Positions 24,256 through 36,300 of a DNA stretch of 64,000 bases are shown here, in pieces (position 1 is the first letter of the stretch; each line of letters begins with the position of its first letter). Origin of the DNA: Macrostomum lignano (taxonomy: Eukaryota); NCBI GenBank assembly GCA_002269645.1, contig NIVC01001036.1, forward strand, positions 1 to 64,000. Direction: 5' to 3'. The notes beneath the pieces were generated by a model, which worked only from the letters and a program-made list of their open reading frames with translations, had not been told where the DNA came from and did not search any database. A program made the translations under genes and the position numbers.

Positions 24256-27200
24256 CTACAGGAAGGCGTCAAACTCCTGGTTGAAGTTATTCTTCTGATT
24301 CAGACTCTGCCTAGTTGAGTCTCCGGATGCCTCATCAAATTCATTAGCGGCCGTCCTCGCCGCCCCCGCAAAGTCCACAGATTCGAAATCTTCGAAGAGT
24401 CCGTCGAAATCGAAGCCGGCGTTGGAGCGGCCGGGCGGCCCATCGTCGTCTTCGCCGGGCCACCGGCCGGCGGCGCGGGCCGGACTGTCGGGCCGGCGCT
24501 CGGCCAGCTCGCGTTGCCGCCTTTGCTCAGCAACAATCTGCTCGATCTCCGCCGCGCTCAGGTAGAAATCGCCGTCGTCAGCAACCGGCACAGTCTCCGC
24601 TCCGACATCGTCGCCTTCCAGACTCTCCGCCCCAGCTGACGGAGTCGTCCGACCGGAATCGGCGCCCGCTCGGCAAGTCTGGGGCGTCGGCGGCGACAGC
24701 GGCGGCGACTGGTCGCTTCCTGAGCTGACAATGACCGCGTCGATGTAGAAACTGTTGTCGAATTGCTGCGGCATCACCAGGTCGGCGCCGACAGACGCTG
24801 GCCAAGGATCGTCGCTGTTGCTGTCATCGTCGACATCCTCCGGCAGGGTGTGCAGCGGCGGCGGCACCCGGGCCCGGACGATCTCGCCGGCGCTGATGGG
24901 GAAGGCCGGCCAGCAGCTCTCCAGTTCCGCATCGTCGGCCCCGGCGTCGGTGCAGCAGTCCGCCTGGTCGTCCGGATCGTCGCCATAATTATTCGACGTC
25001 GTTGTAGCGACGGAAGCCGTGCCAGCGGCGGCGGCGGCCTCTTTGATGTTGAGCGACAGAGCCCGGCCGGGGTTTGATGAGAAGACCGGAGCGGCTCGAA
25101 TGCGTTGGATCTGCTGCTGCTGCTGCTGCTCCGAGCCGGGGCCTTCGGCTATCGAAGCCGCCGTGGAGGCCGCCGCTGCCGCCGCTGCAGTAGAGGCGGC
25201 CGTTGACGAAGCAGAACGCTGGCCGCGGTAGACGGAGCCCATGAGGGTGCAGCGCTTCTGGAACTGTTGCATCGCGCAGTACACGTCTGCGGGGCGGACG
25301 TGAGGAAGTGCTGTTGGAGTTTGAGCAGTAATTTGGTCACTGACTGGCGCTAATCTAGGCCAGGAAACCTTTACGAGTCTTGGTAGTCGTGAATCAACAA
25401 GCAGCAGGCCAACAGATTAGTAAGAAGCAATCTGGCCCAGACAGATCATGACCCAGGAGAGAAGGCCATAAGCCACAACAGGAATTAACCAAGAAAATAG
25501 GCATAAGGCAAATTAACATACGCTCGTAACATTCGTTCGCTAAAGTGGCCTGTTTGGATAAGCCCTGTTCCTTCACAGGTCGCAGCAGCCGAGGTCAGGA
25601 ATCGCCAGGTGCGTGGCTGGGATTACACTGCTTTTTTGAGGAAAAAACACACTTAGACTGATGGGAAGAGCCCGACTCCCCCTCCCCCCGCGGGGCAGTT
25701 CGCGATCCCGTGATTCCGGCTCTAATATGATTATGCCTCATAGAGGAGCCTGAGGGTTGGGAAGACGGAGAGCCCCCCCCCCCCGATTTACCTGTGCGCA
25801 TTTGCCTAATTGGGGGCGAGTGCCTGACAAGAAAGAATTACAAGAAAGAGTCGCAGAATTATTATTAGGGGAAATCACGAGCAGGAGAGGCTGGGCTGAG
25901 GCAGCAGCGAAGCGAACAAGATCTGTTCGCTGTTTGCTCAAGTCAAAGAGAAATTTGTCCGCAAGCAAAGCTGGGGTGATGGTGGGCATGAGGTAAAAAA
26001 GGGGGCTGCACTGCACTCAAGAAAATTAAGATCTTGATGGGTGTGATAAGAAATTCTATCTTCAAAATTATGTTTATGAGGTTCCTCATTGCTATGGGGA
26101 ATGTGAAGGCTTTTTATATTCCTAGTGGTCAGAGCTTCGGACTCACGACTTGAAGGTCGGGGGTTCGATTCCCGATCCCACTGGAACGATTTGTGTCCTT
26201 GAGCAAGACGCTTAACTCTTGCATTGCTTCAGTTCACCCAGCTGTAAAATGGGTGCCAGCATTGGTTAGGGTAATTGAGGGTGTGTGGCGACCCCCCAGT
26301 CCTTGGACTGAACAGCCGTACGCAGCCTTCAGATGCGCCGCGCAATAGCTGCGGCTGAGCTGTCAGTTGCACATCTGGGCCTATTGGGGAAGGTGCAATC
26401 AATTTTATTATTTTTTATTGTTACATTCCTAGAATACAGCATTTACTTTAATCCTATTCCGTGGAAAATGCCTAGATGGTAAATTCAGTTTGATAGTCGG
26501 TCATACAGTGAGATCCCACCCTATGACCAAGATGGGAAATTCAGCTTGATAGTCGGTCATGCAGTGAGATCCCACCCTATGACCACGATGGGGAATTCAG
26601 CTTGATAGTCGGTTATGCAGTGAGACCCCACCCTATGACCAAGATCAGAAATTCAGCTTGATAATCGGTCATGCAGTGAGATCCCACCCTATGACCAAGA
26701 TCGGAAATTCAGCTTGATAGTCGGTCATGCATAGCCATTTTATAGCCAAGCAAGCTACTCAACCAACCATCAGCTCGACTATTTCGTCTGGAGTAGGCGC
26801 CGATCACGTGACGATATCTGACGGCCACCGCCCAGAGCGAGTTGGGCAGCACGATGGTCTCCAGCAGCAGCAGGATGATGTACTCTGAGCCGCTCCGGCT
26901 GGGCCATGCCACCAGCGCTGAGAAGTCCAGAATCTGTTGATGTTGTTTACGTGAATCTTTCTTAGAATCCGTGATAATGGACAGAATTAGAAGGCAGCGT
27001 TTCTTGAAAATCTTTTAAAGACTCAAAAACTTTTGTAGCATCAAAAAATAGGTCGCTACCGTTTCTTAGAGAAGGGAAGAGGAGAGGAGAGGAGAGGAGA
27101 GGAGAGGAGAGGAGAGAGGAGAGGAGAGGAGAGGAGAGGAGAGGAGAGGAGAGGAGAGGAGAGAGGAGAGGAGAGGAGAGGAGAGGAGAGGAGAGGAGAG

Positions 27201-30200
27201 GAGAGGAGAGGAGAGGAGAGGAGAGGAGAGGATGGGATAGTAGAGGAGAGGAGAAGAGAGGAGAGGAGGGGAGAGGAGAGGAGAGGAGAAGAGAGGAGAG
27301 GAGAGGAGAGGAGAGGAGAGGAGAGGAGAGGAGAGGAGAGGAGAGGAGAGGACAGGAGAGGAGAAGAGAGGAGAGGAGAGGAGAGGAGAGGAGAGGAGAA
27401 GAGAGGAGAAGAGAGGAGAGGAGAGGAGGGGAGAGGAGAGGATGGGATAGTAGAGGAGAGGAGAGAAGAGGAGAGGAGAGAAGAAGAGAGGAGAGAAGAG
27501 GAGAGAGGAGAACTGAAAATAAACACAAACATTGAGCGGGCCGGATTGCTATTATGAAGTTCAAAGGTCCCGAGGTCCAGATACAGAGGCTTATACGCTC
27601 GTAGCGGGCCGCACGGGGACCGCAGGCCGGAGTCTGCCGACCCCAGTTCTACGAGGTCTACCCTGATTGGCAAATTATCCCGGGAATCGAGCTCGGGTCC
27701 TCAGCCACAAACCTCCGGCAAAATGGCATGGATTTGCATTGGAGCTCCAACCTCAGCTGCGTCAATTGATGCGGTCAGTGAAAGCTTTTTCTAAGAAAAC
27801 AAAATTTGCAGGCCGTGAAACGCAAGGCTGCATGGGAACGCAGGCCGCTGGTCACTTTGACCCGCAATGACCCCCGTCGATGTTTACACTCGCCGCTCGG
27901 ATCGAATTCCGTCGTCGTGCCCTCCACCCCCACCCACAATTTTTCTCTGAACCACCTTGTTTGGGGAGGCTGGCGCTGGCGACAAAGGGAGAAAAAAGCT
28001 ATATTTTTTAAAAATGAGGGGCGCTGCTGCGAGAAGATAGGCGACTGGAGACCATGCAGGCAAAAGAGAGGGTGAGAGAGATCGATCGACATCACCCCCC
28101 CCGTTGTCCCCCTGTCATCGCCCCAATGGCCAACATAGTGTCCAATGTTGATGGTGCTGAAGGGTCCAAGCCACCCCAGTTCAACTGCATGAAGCCAAGG
28201 AGATCCACAGCCAGAACTTAATTCTTGCCCAACCTTACTTTTCAAACAACTGTCTTAAATTTTGGCTTAATAAATTTTTCATAAAATAACTTTGTATAGC
28301 TTCATTTTTTAAAGCTCAATACAATCTTCACATTATCCGGTAGAGCAATACCCGGTATTCTGGTCAGGAGCTTTTAAAATACTATTTTTGCATTAAATCG
28401 GCCTAGTTGTCTGACAAAGAGTTGGCGACTCCAGACTCCTGGGGTCTGGGTCTCCTTGTCCCGGCGCATAGCACACTTCAGCCTTTTGTTGTTTAAATAA
28501 GCGGCACTGAAACAAGACCAGTTTACCGCACAGGAAATGAAGAGAAAGTTGAATTGCTTTGCCACTTCGGTTTTGGCGGCTTGTTTATTGACTGTGGACC
28601 GAGTGACTGACATGAGTAAAAAAAGAAAGTGTTGCATATCTGACCGTTTCTAAATTTCTGTTGACATTGACAACACAACTTATACTGTAAGGTGGAAAAC
28701 CAGTGAGGCGTCACCCATGGAAACTGGCTGCCCATTAATGCCGATCACGGGTCACCGGTTTCTCATCTGATTATGCAACTTGCAGCTCCTCTCTTTGGCC
28801 GCCAGGTTAACCCGGTTTTTCCTATGATGGGGCCAGGCGGAGGCTGGAAAATTGATAAGAGAATGTCCTGCGCGCCAGATTCAGTTTGGTCTCAAATATT
28901 GGGCACAGGGTTTCGATTGAATTTGCGGGAGACTCCGCCCCAGGAGTTGATTACATTATGCTTACAGATTCCTGAAATTCGAGTAATACCAATATTTCCT
29001 TGACTCTACTAACTCTAAGTAGTGTTTAAAGAAAATAAAAAACTATTTTGTTTCTTGTTTCTTCTGCAACGTACTTATTTCTTAGAATCAGTAGCATTTT
29101 ATGGTCCTTTTGACGTTTTCATCCTTTAAATATAAGACATTTTTGTTCCTCAATTAGGCTAACAATTATGAAAATTTAGTAATGTTGAATTTGAAATGCA
29201 TCAATACTTTAACAAGCATCAGTTAAAGGACAATTTTTTTTATAAAATTGTTATTGAAGTTTCAACTTCCAAATTCCATATTCCATATTCAAAATCCATA
29301 TTCCATATTCCATATTTCATATTCCATATTCCATATTCCATATTCCATATTCCATATTCCATATTCCATACTCCATATTCCACATTCCATATTCCATATT
29401 TCATACTCCATATTCCACATTCCATATTCCATATTTCATACTCCATATTCCACATTCCATATTCCATATTCCACATTCCATATTCCATATTTCATACTCC
29501 ATATTCCGTTTCCCACACCCCGCACACCGGCTCACCAGCATGGGCAGGTGGTTAAAGAAGAACGCGATGGCGTTGGCCAGGCTGGTCACCCGCCAGGCCT
29601 CCCAGGCGTGCTTGCGCGCGTCGAACTCCGCCGAGAGGCGCAGCTGCTGGCCGGGCTTCGTCGATACGGCACTACCGCCGCCACCGTCGTCTGAGCCGCC
29701 GCCGCTGCCACCGGCGCTGCTACCAACAATGCGAGTGACCATCTCCTGAGCTGGATGGCGAGCTCGTCGCAGGTGCAAGAAGCTGTCCAGACTGCAGGCT
29801 GCGCAGATGAAGCCGGAGGCTGCGTTGCAAGCGCCGATGATCATCGAGTAGGTGAAGTCCAGCTGGCTGGGCAGAAACCGGCAGCGCAGGCTGGCGTCTC
29901 TGGATCGGTTGAAACTCGAACCCAGAGGTTGACGGGCACAAGGCCTGTGAATTCGGAAGAGGGGGAGGGGGTTAAATGCCTTTTTAAATTAATTCCATTG
30001 GAAATAAGCACTTTTAAGAATTTTAGAACTTAGAGTTCTAAAAATAGCAGCCAATTAAATCGATGACCGCTGCTTCACTATCTAAAAATAGCAGCCAATT
30101 AAATCGATGACCGCTGCTTCACTATCTAAAAACAGCAGCCAATTAAATCGATGACCGCTGCTTCACCATCTAAAAATAGCAACCAATTAAATTGATGACC

Positions 30201-31297
30201 GCTGCTTCACCATCTAAAAATAGCAGCCAATTAAATCGATGACCGCTGCTTCACCATCTAAAAATAGCAGCCAATTAAATCGATGACCGCTGCTTCACCA
30301 TCTAAAAATAGCAGCCAATTAAATCGATGACTGCTGCTTCACCATCTAAAAATAGCAGCCAATTATAATTCATCCTTCATTAGGCTAATTATTAGTTTCT
30401 AATTATCGATTACATTTCGATAAATGTAATTTAGTGATGTAGTGAACTTCTCCGAAAGTCCATGTGTACATAATGATCCGTCATGCGATTGATCATAATT
30501 ATCGTTTATCGTGTCCTACAGCGATTAAGGAAAATTTAATAATAAGGGACAACTCAACCTCATGCATTGTACTGTATTCTGTGTATTCTGTGGTTTTGAC
30601 TGTGGGCTGTAGGCATTGTCGAAAGAGTCACCAAATGTTATTGATGTTGCATTTAAAGGTTAGACCTTCAGGAACAAAAAATGGTCACCCGTTAGTTCTC
30701 TGTCCTACTCTTTTCGAATATTACTTTTCACAATATGATGGCGTGATTGCGACGACCTTGGGGAATCCCCAAAGGTCAGCGCCCACCTCACTCTCACTGG
30801 CGCGATAGGTGGGCAGTTGGAGACACTTTCTAAAAATAGCAACCAATCAGATCTCCAGGGCAGCCTGAAGAAGCCTTCTCACCAGTGACAAAAGCGGCGC
30901 ACGACCAGACGCTAACGATGAGCAGCGGCTTCACCTTGTTTGTCACCCAGCCGTTGTAGACCGGGCCGCCTTCCTTTCGCAGCAGGAACAGCCGATCAAC
31001 GGCAAAGAATGCCGTGCCCAGCAGCGACACCAGCAGAGACGAGTGCAAGCTGAACACGAACAGGCGGCAGGTGACCGCCGACCACGGGATTCCCCCAAGC
31101 ACCACGCTGATGAGCAGCGGCGCAGCTAGCAAGGTGTACAGCGCGTTCCTCAGCATCAGGCCGGCCAGGCAGATGTCCAGGCTTCTGAGCAGGCCTCGGA
31201 AGTGCAGCAGCAGCAGGCAAAAGAGACCCAGCGATGGCACCGCCAGAACTAACAGGGAGAGCCAGGCTATGGCCTCCTGTCTGTAGAACTGTGCCAT
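24256..31297 (-). CDS. Orphan class A (rhodopsin-like) GPCR, GPR153/GPR162-like, about 673 aa; 4 exons: 31297-30883, 29944-29536, 26933-26768, 25286-24256
   Basis: Exon 1 holds TM1-4 (WSAVTCRLFVF...AVDRLF). Exon 2: GLVPVNLW[G]...LRCRFLPSQLDFTYSMII...FFFNHLPML, needing one extra G at 29921-29923. Exon 3: ILDFSALVAW...LLETIVLPNSLWAVAVRYRH. Exon 4 is a long acidic low-complexity tail. All introns are GT-AG with phases 1,0,1. The CRF.., LP.L, SFS.L and L.P..LWA..RYR features recall GPR153/162. Confidence 0.85.
26120..26420 (+). mobile_element. tRNA-derived SINE, family B (CORE-like), copy 1, in GPCR intron 3
   Basis: A box CCTAGTGGTCAGAGC and B box GGTTCGATTCCC, then TGTGTCCTTGAGCAAGACGCTTAACTCTTGCATTGCTTCAGTTCACCCAGCTGTAAAATGGG, similar to the MIR CORE consensus. 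TTATT-type tail; second copy at 44190-44455. Confidence 0.85.
26480..26726. repeat. 56-bp minisatellite, about 4.5 units
   Basis: AATTCAGCTTGATAGTCGGTCATGCAGTGAGATCCCACCCTATGACC... recurs at 26538, 26594 and 26650; no spacers. Confidence 0.92.
27078..27512. repeat. (GGAGA)n microsatellite
   Basis: Pentanucleotide run in GPCR intron 2. Confidence 0.97.
27515..27646 (-). mobile_element. hAT-like non-autonomous element, left-end fragment, copy 2
   Basis: Minus strand begins CTGGGGTCGGCAGACTCCGGCC and continues GGACCTTTGAACTTCATAATAGCAATCCGGCCCGCTCAATGTTTGT, matching 5490-5535. Confidence 0.6.
29270..29505. repeat. 7-bp repeat (TATTCCA)n
   Basis: Tandem run ending about 30 nt from the GPCR exon 2 donor. 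Confidence 0.95.
30038..30362. repeat. 44-bp minisatellite, 8 units, each starting with a MEF2-consensus site CTAAAAATAG followed by CCAAT
   Basis: CTAAAAATAG at 30038, 30082, 30170, 30214, 30258, 30302 and 30346; the unit at 30126 has CTAAAAACAG. Confidence 0.93.
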
Positions 31298-31849
31298 GCT
31301 CTGTCTACTGCTTCTATTTCTTGCGGAGTTTCTCTCTGTATTTTTGCTGCTTTTAGCAACTGTAGCTACAGAAGGAAGGCTTTCTCCTTTTCCATAGGGT
31401 GGAGTCAAGAGCATTCAAGAGCCGAAATGATTTTTTTCTCGCCTTGGTCCTTTTGCCCCCCCCCCCTGTTTCTCGCTTTCTCAATTTCTGCGCTATGCTA
31501 GCAGAACTCCAGTTTGAGCACAAATTCAGCTTAAGCGAGTAATCCGTACTGAACCAAATCGATAAGTTTTTAGCGGGGGTTAGAGAGAGAGAGAGAGCAA
31601 AGCCACCGCAAAGCTGCTCAGCGAGGCATGATGTAAGAACAGTTTATTAGGTTTACAATCTCAAGCTGATTTGGTTTCAACATGCATTAATAAATGCGAG
31701 TGCGTGCGTTTTTGACGTACCTTCATAAAATTTGCAGACACTGCATGAATTCCCAACTGAGGATAAGACGACGCCCAGGGTCTCAGAGGTCTCAGAATTT
31801 GCCGTTAGACCCCTTGTGTTGCGAAATCTGAACTAGAACAAGAGCGAAT

Positions 31850-32345
31850 ATCGGAAGCAGAACCAGACAAAACAACCAGAAATAGAACAATAACAGGAAT
31901 AAAAATAAAAAAACAACACAGAAAAGTGACAAAAAAGAACAAGAACAATAACAATATAGCGAGAGCAAGAACAAGAACCTAAACCAGAACCAGAAAAAGA
32001 ACAAGAGCCAGAACCAGAACAAGAACCAGAACAAGAGCCAGAACCAGAAAAAAAGGCAGAACCAGAACCAGAACAAGAACCAGAACAAAAGGCAGAACCA
32101 GAACAAGAACCTGAACCAGAACCAGAAAAAGAGCAAGAGCAAGAGTCAGAACCACAATTAGAACCAGAACAAAACACGAACCAGTACAAGAACCAGAACC
32201 AGAACACGAACCAGAACAAGAACAAGAACCAGAACAAGAAAAAGAACAAGAACAAGAAACTAGAATAAGAGCCAGAACCAGAACAAGAATCAAAACCAGA
32301 ACCAGAACAAGAACCAGAAAAAGAACCGGAACCGGAGCAAGAACA
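31850..32345. repeat. Degenerate 6-bp repeat (AGAACC/AGAACA)n
   Basis: Purine-rich run between the GPCR and troponin T starts. Confidence 0.9.
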
Positions 32346-33372
32346 CGAGAGCTGAAGGGCAATTTCCTTCGATCACGTGTGACCTGATTCGTGAATTAAT
32401 TGAAATTCAAACTAAATGTCCTCATGATTAAGACATGATTAAGACATGATGAAATGATTAAAATTTCGGAGCCACGCAAACGGAAACTTTCCCTAAGACA
32501 GCAAATAATCACTGACAAAGGTTCTGACTATCGCCAGCTTAGCTCGTACGAACCGCGATTCAAACTTTCAAAGTACGCACTATTCAAGCGGACAACAAAT
32601 TCACTGTTTGGAAAAAGCAAGTCGCTATTTTGCTATGCTGAATGAATTCCGCTAAGGCCTGCTTTGCCGTTGACATTTCGCTGCTCCGCAGGCATCCCTT
32701 CACTTTTCCTCGCTCTCCCCAATGCCCCAAAATCCCTTCGGTTTCGAAAAGGTTTTCATAAAAAGCAACAGGCGCGCGCGCGCGCACGAAGCGACGTTCA
32801 AATGCCAGAGAGGCTTGACGTCCGACCCAGCGAGGCTCTGTGTACAAAACAGGACCAACCCCGGAGCCAACGCTGCCATTGATTTCATTGCTTCAAGCCA
32901 GACAGAGCCGGCCGTCGGCATTTTCTTTGCTTCTAGTAGGAGCGCAGGAAATGCAAGTGTTCGTTGCCAGTATCGATCGACTTGCCGACTGTGCGGTGCG
33001 TGGCATGAAGCACAGAGAGAGAAGGTTAGCCTTAGCATCCCTCAAGGCCACTACAGTTTCCCTTGCATACAGAATATGCCCCTCCAGCATAAGGGGGGGC
33101 TACCAGTGGCGCAATTTCTGCAACGCGAAGATGCAATTCGAAGTCCACCACCACCACGCCCCCGCGCCTTCCCCGCGGACCCTCCTCCCCAGCTCCACAG
33201 GGGGGATGTCAGGAATGGGGATAAATGCGCAGACACTTACTGGCCCGGCCATCCCGCCCGCTTTTTCCGACGCTTTCCGCCCAGCCGAGCCGAGCAAAAA
33301 ATTTCTCGAATATCAACTTTCTCTCTATAGCTTTCTGTTTCTCGGCAGAGCCCAGTTGTTAACAGCGAGTCC

Positions 33373-36300
33373 ATGGCCGACGAGGAGAACCAGTGAGTCC
33401 TTTGAGGGGCTGTGAAATATGCAGTATCCGTATTAACCAACTATTTTACAGTTTAACTATGATCTAGTAATTGAATCTCAGTAGGAGGCTTTCGATATTG
33501 CGGTAATACTCCTCTGAGCATTTCTCAGTGGCTTAAGGAAGCAACGCCTGAGCTACAGGACCAGCTGAGCTAATGATTAATAATGCTTTGGACTGGAGTA
33601 AAAGCTCTGGGGGGGGACATGCCAATGCATTGTCCCCCCCACCCCAACTTGTGAATCGTTGTGATAATCAATAATTTTTCTTCAGGGCGCCAAAATATAG
33701 CGCCTTCAGCGCTAAAATGAGTGCCTTCGGCGCTAAAATGAGTGCCTTCGGCGCTAAAATGAGTGCCTTCGGCGCTAAAATGAGTGCCTTCGGCGCTAAA
33801 ATGAGTGCCTTCGGCGCTAAAATGAGTGCCTTCGGCGCTAAAATGAGTGCCTGCGGCGCTAAAATGAGTGCCTGCGGCGCTAAAATGAGTGCCTGCGGCG
33901 CTAAAATGAGTGCCTTCGGCGCTAAAATGAGTGCCTTCGGCGCTAAAATGAGTGCCTGCGGCGCTAAAATGAGTGCCTGCGGCGCTAAAATGAGTGCCTG
34001 CGGCGCTAAAATGAGTGCCTGCGGCGCTAAAATGAGTGCCTGCGGCGCTAAAATGAGTGCCTGCGGCGCTAAAATGAGTGCCTGCGGCGCTAAAATGAGT
34101 GCCTTCGGCGCTTTGTCACCCCCACCATAAAATCCATGACGACGCCCCTGCTGGGCAATCAATTTCGGACAAGTTCGGGCGATAACGGAAGAGAACTCCA
34201 ACAACTCCAACGTTTAACAATGCACGCCGACTCTACTATTAGTAGCTTGTAGGCGTATAAATTTCAAATCCGAAATGACACGGCAGCAATGCCCTAAAAC
34301 ACACAATGACCGCGCAGAGAGCCGACAGTCGAGGAGGAGGCTGCGGCCCCTCCGGCCCAGCAGGAGGAGGAGGCCGAGGCAGCGCCGCCTCCGCCGCCTC
34401 CACCGCCGGCTGAGAAGCCGAAGCAGCTGCACCAGGGTGCCAGCTTTGCTGAGTAAGCCCCCCCCCTCGGCCCAGCATCCCCGAGTATCCCTCATCCGCT
34501 GTGCAGAGTTGCTGCTTTCCTCTTGATTCTACGATATGAATAACAAACACAAATCAAATACATTTCATAATTGCTTTCAGCTTTGGTTGCTTGCCTTGCG
34601 CTTCTAGTAGCTGGTAGTAATTGTTAGCTTCTGCAGCGTCAGCCATGGTAGCAGTAGTATTCAGTAGTATATCTGATTGTGCATGCTGGCGGTCGGTGAA
34701 TGGGAGGTAGGAGCTCTGCGTATTCGGACTGCATGCCAAGCCAGCCACGAGGAGTCTGTATTGCCGCACCTGATGAAGCGTTCTGTAATCATCACTGAAC
34801 GGCACTTTATTTCCAGAGACGAAAGCGGTCGTAACGAGGCGCAGATTCGGATGGAGGTGAGCAGATTTGGTTGCCAGGACAATGTTGGCCTTAGCGACTT
34901 TGTTTATTCTAATGAATTTATTACCTTATTGCCTTATTCCCCATCATTGCGCAGGAGGAGAAGAAGAAGCGCATGGCCAAGATGGAGGAGGAGATGAAAG
35001 AGTACGAGGAGATGCGCAAAGAGGAGCGGGAGAAGCTGGCACAGGAGATCTCGGAGCTCAGGTCCAAGCGGGTGAGTTGTTGCAGCCTTCTGACACACAG
35101 TCACTCTGGTGCGCTTGTCATCTTGTCACCAAGGACAACTGAAGTTACGTTATATTCAGTTGTCCTTGCTTGTCACTCTGGTATGTTGTTATATTGTCAC
35201 TCTAATGTACTGATTATTATCTTGTTACTCTGGTGTGCTGTTATCTTGTCACTCTGATGTGCTGTTATCTTGTCACTCTAATGTACTGTAATGTACTCTG
35301 GTGTGCTATTATCTCTGGTGCTCTGGTCTCTGGTCTCTGGTGCTCTGGTCTCTGGTCTCTGGTGCTCTGGTCTCTGGTGCTCTGGTCTCTGGTCTCTGGT
35401 GCTCTGGTCTCTGGTGCTCTGGTCTCTGGTCTCTGGTGCTCTGGTCTCTGGTCTCTGGTGCTCTGGTCTCTGGTCTCTGGTGCTCTGGTCTCTGGTCTCT
35501 GGTGCTCTGGTCTCTGGTCTCTGGTGCTCTGGTCTCTGGTCTCTGGTGCTCTTGTATGCTGTTAACTCGTCACTCTGGTGTGCTATTATCTCATCACTCT
35601 GGTGTGCTATTATCTTGTCACTCTGGTGTGCTATTATCTCATCACTCTGGTGTGCTATTATCTCATCACTCTGGTGTGCTATTATCTTGTCACTCTGGTG
35701 TGCTATTATCTCATCACTCTGGTGTGCTATTATCTCATCACTCTGGTGTGCTATTATCTCATCACTCTGGTGTGCCATTATCTCATCACTCTGGTGTGCT
35801 ATTATCTCATCACTCTGGTGTGCTATTATCTCATCACTCTGGTGTGCTATTATCTCATCACTCTGGTGTGCTATTATCTTGTCACTCTGGTGTGCTATTA
35901 TCTTGTCACTCTAATGTATTGTCTCACAGGCACTCTGGTGTACTGTCACACTCAGTGCCCCGAGCGTATGCCACTATTTTACTCTCTTAGCACTACGCTC
36001 GTATAACTAACAAACTGGCCATTAACCTGTCACCGAAACCGCCACCGCGGCCTTCCGGTTTCCAGGAGCAGAGGAAGCAGGAGCGGGCCGAGGAGGAGAA
36101 GCGGCTGGCTGAGCTGCGCGCCGTCGAAGAGCAGAAGCGACGCGCCGAAGAGGTTTGGAATTGCCATTATTTAAACATTTGAGTTCCCATTATACTACTG
36201 ATTGTCGCCTAGATTAGTAGCCTGCTAAGTATATGAGCTCTCTTTGTCGATAATTTTCGAACGCAATTTTTCTGCCGCTGTCTCTGCAGGAGGAGCGACA

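Noticed and set aside
26120-26180. tRNA genes at 7012, 23753, 26120, 42075 and 44420
   Set aside because: A/B boxes are present but I could not form a complete cloverleaf with an acceptor stem; four continue into shared SINE bodies and 42075 is only an isolated B-box-like match.
31298-31414. Track start of the GPCR exon 1 ORF at 31414
   Set aside because: It uses a non-ATG start; the first ATG at 31297 directly precedes TM1 and is preferred.
34770-34830. Hammerhead ribozyme candidates (CTGATGA...GAAA at about 34771; CTGACGAG at about 54940)
   Set aside because: Stem II is not closed directly by GAAA and stems I and III cannot be formed.
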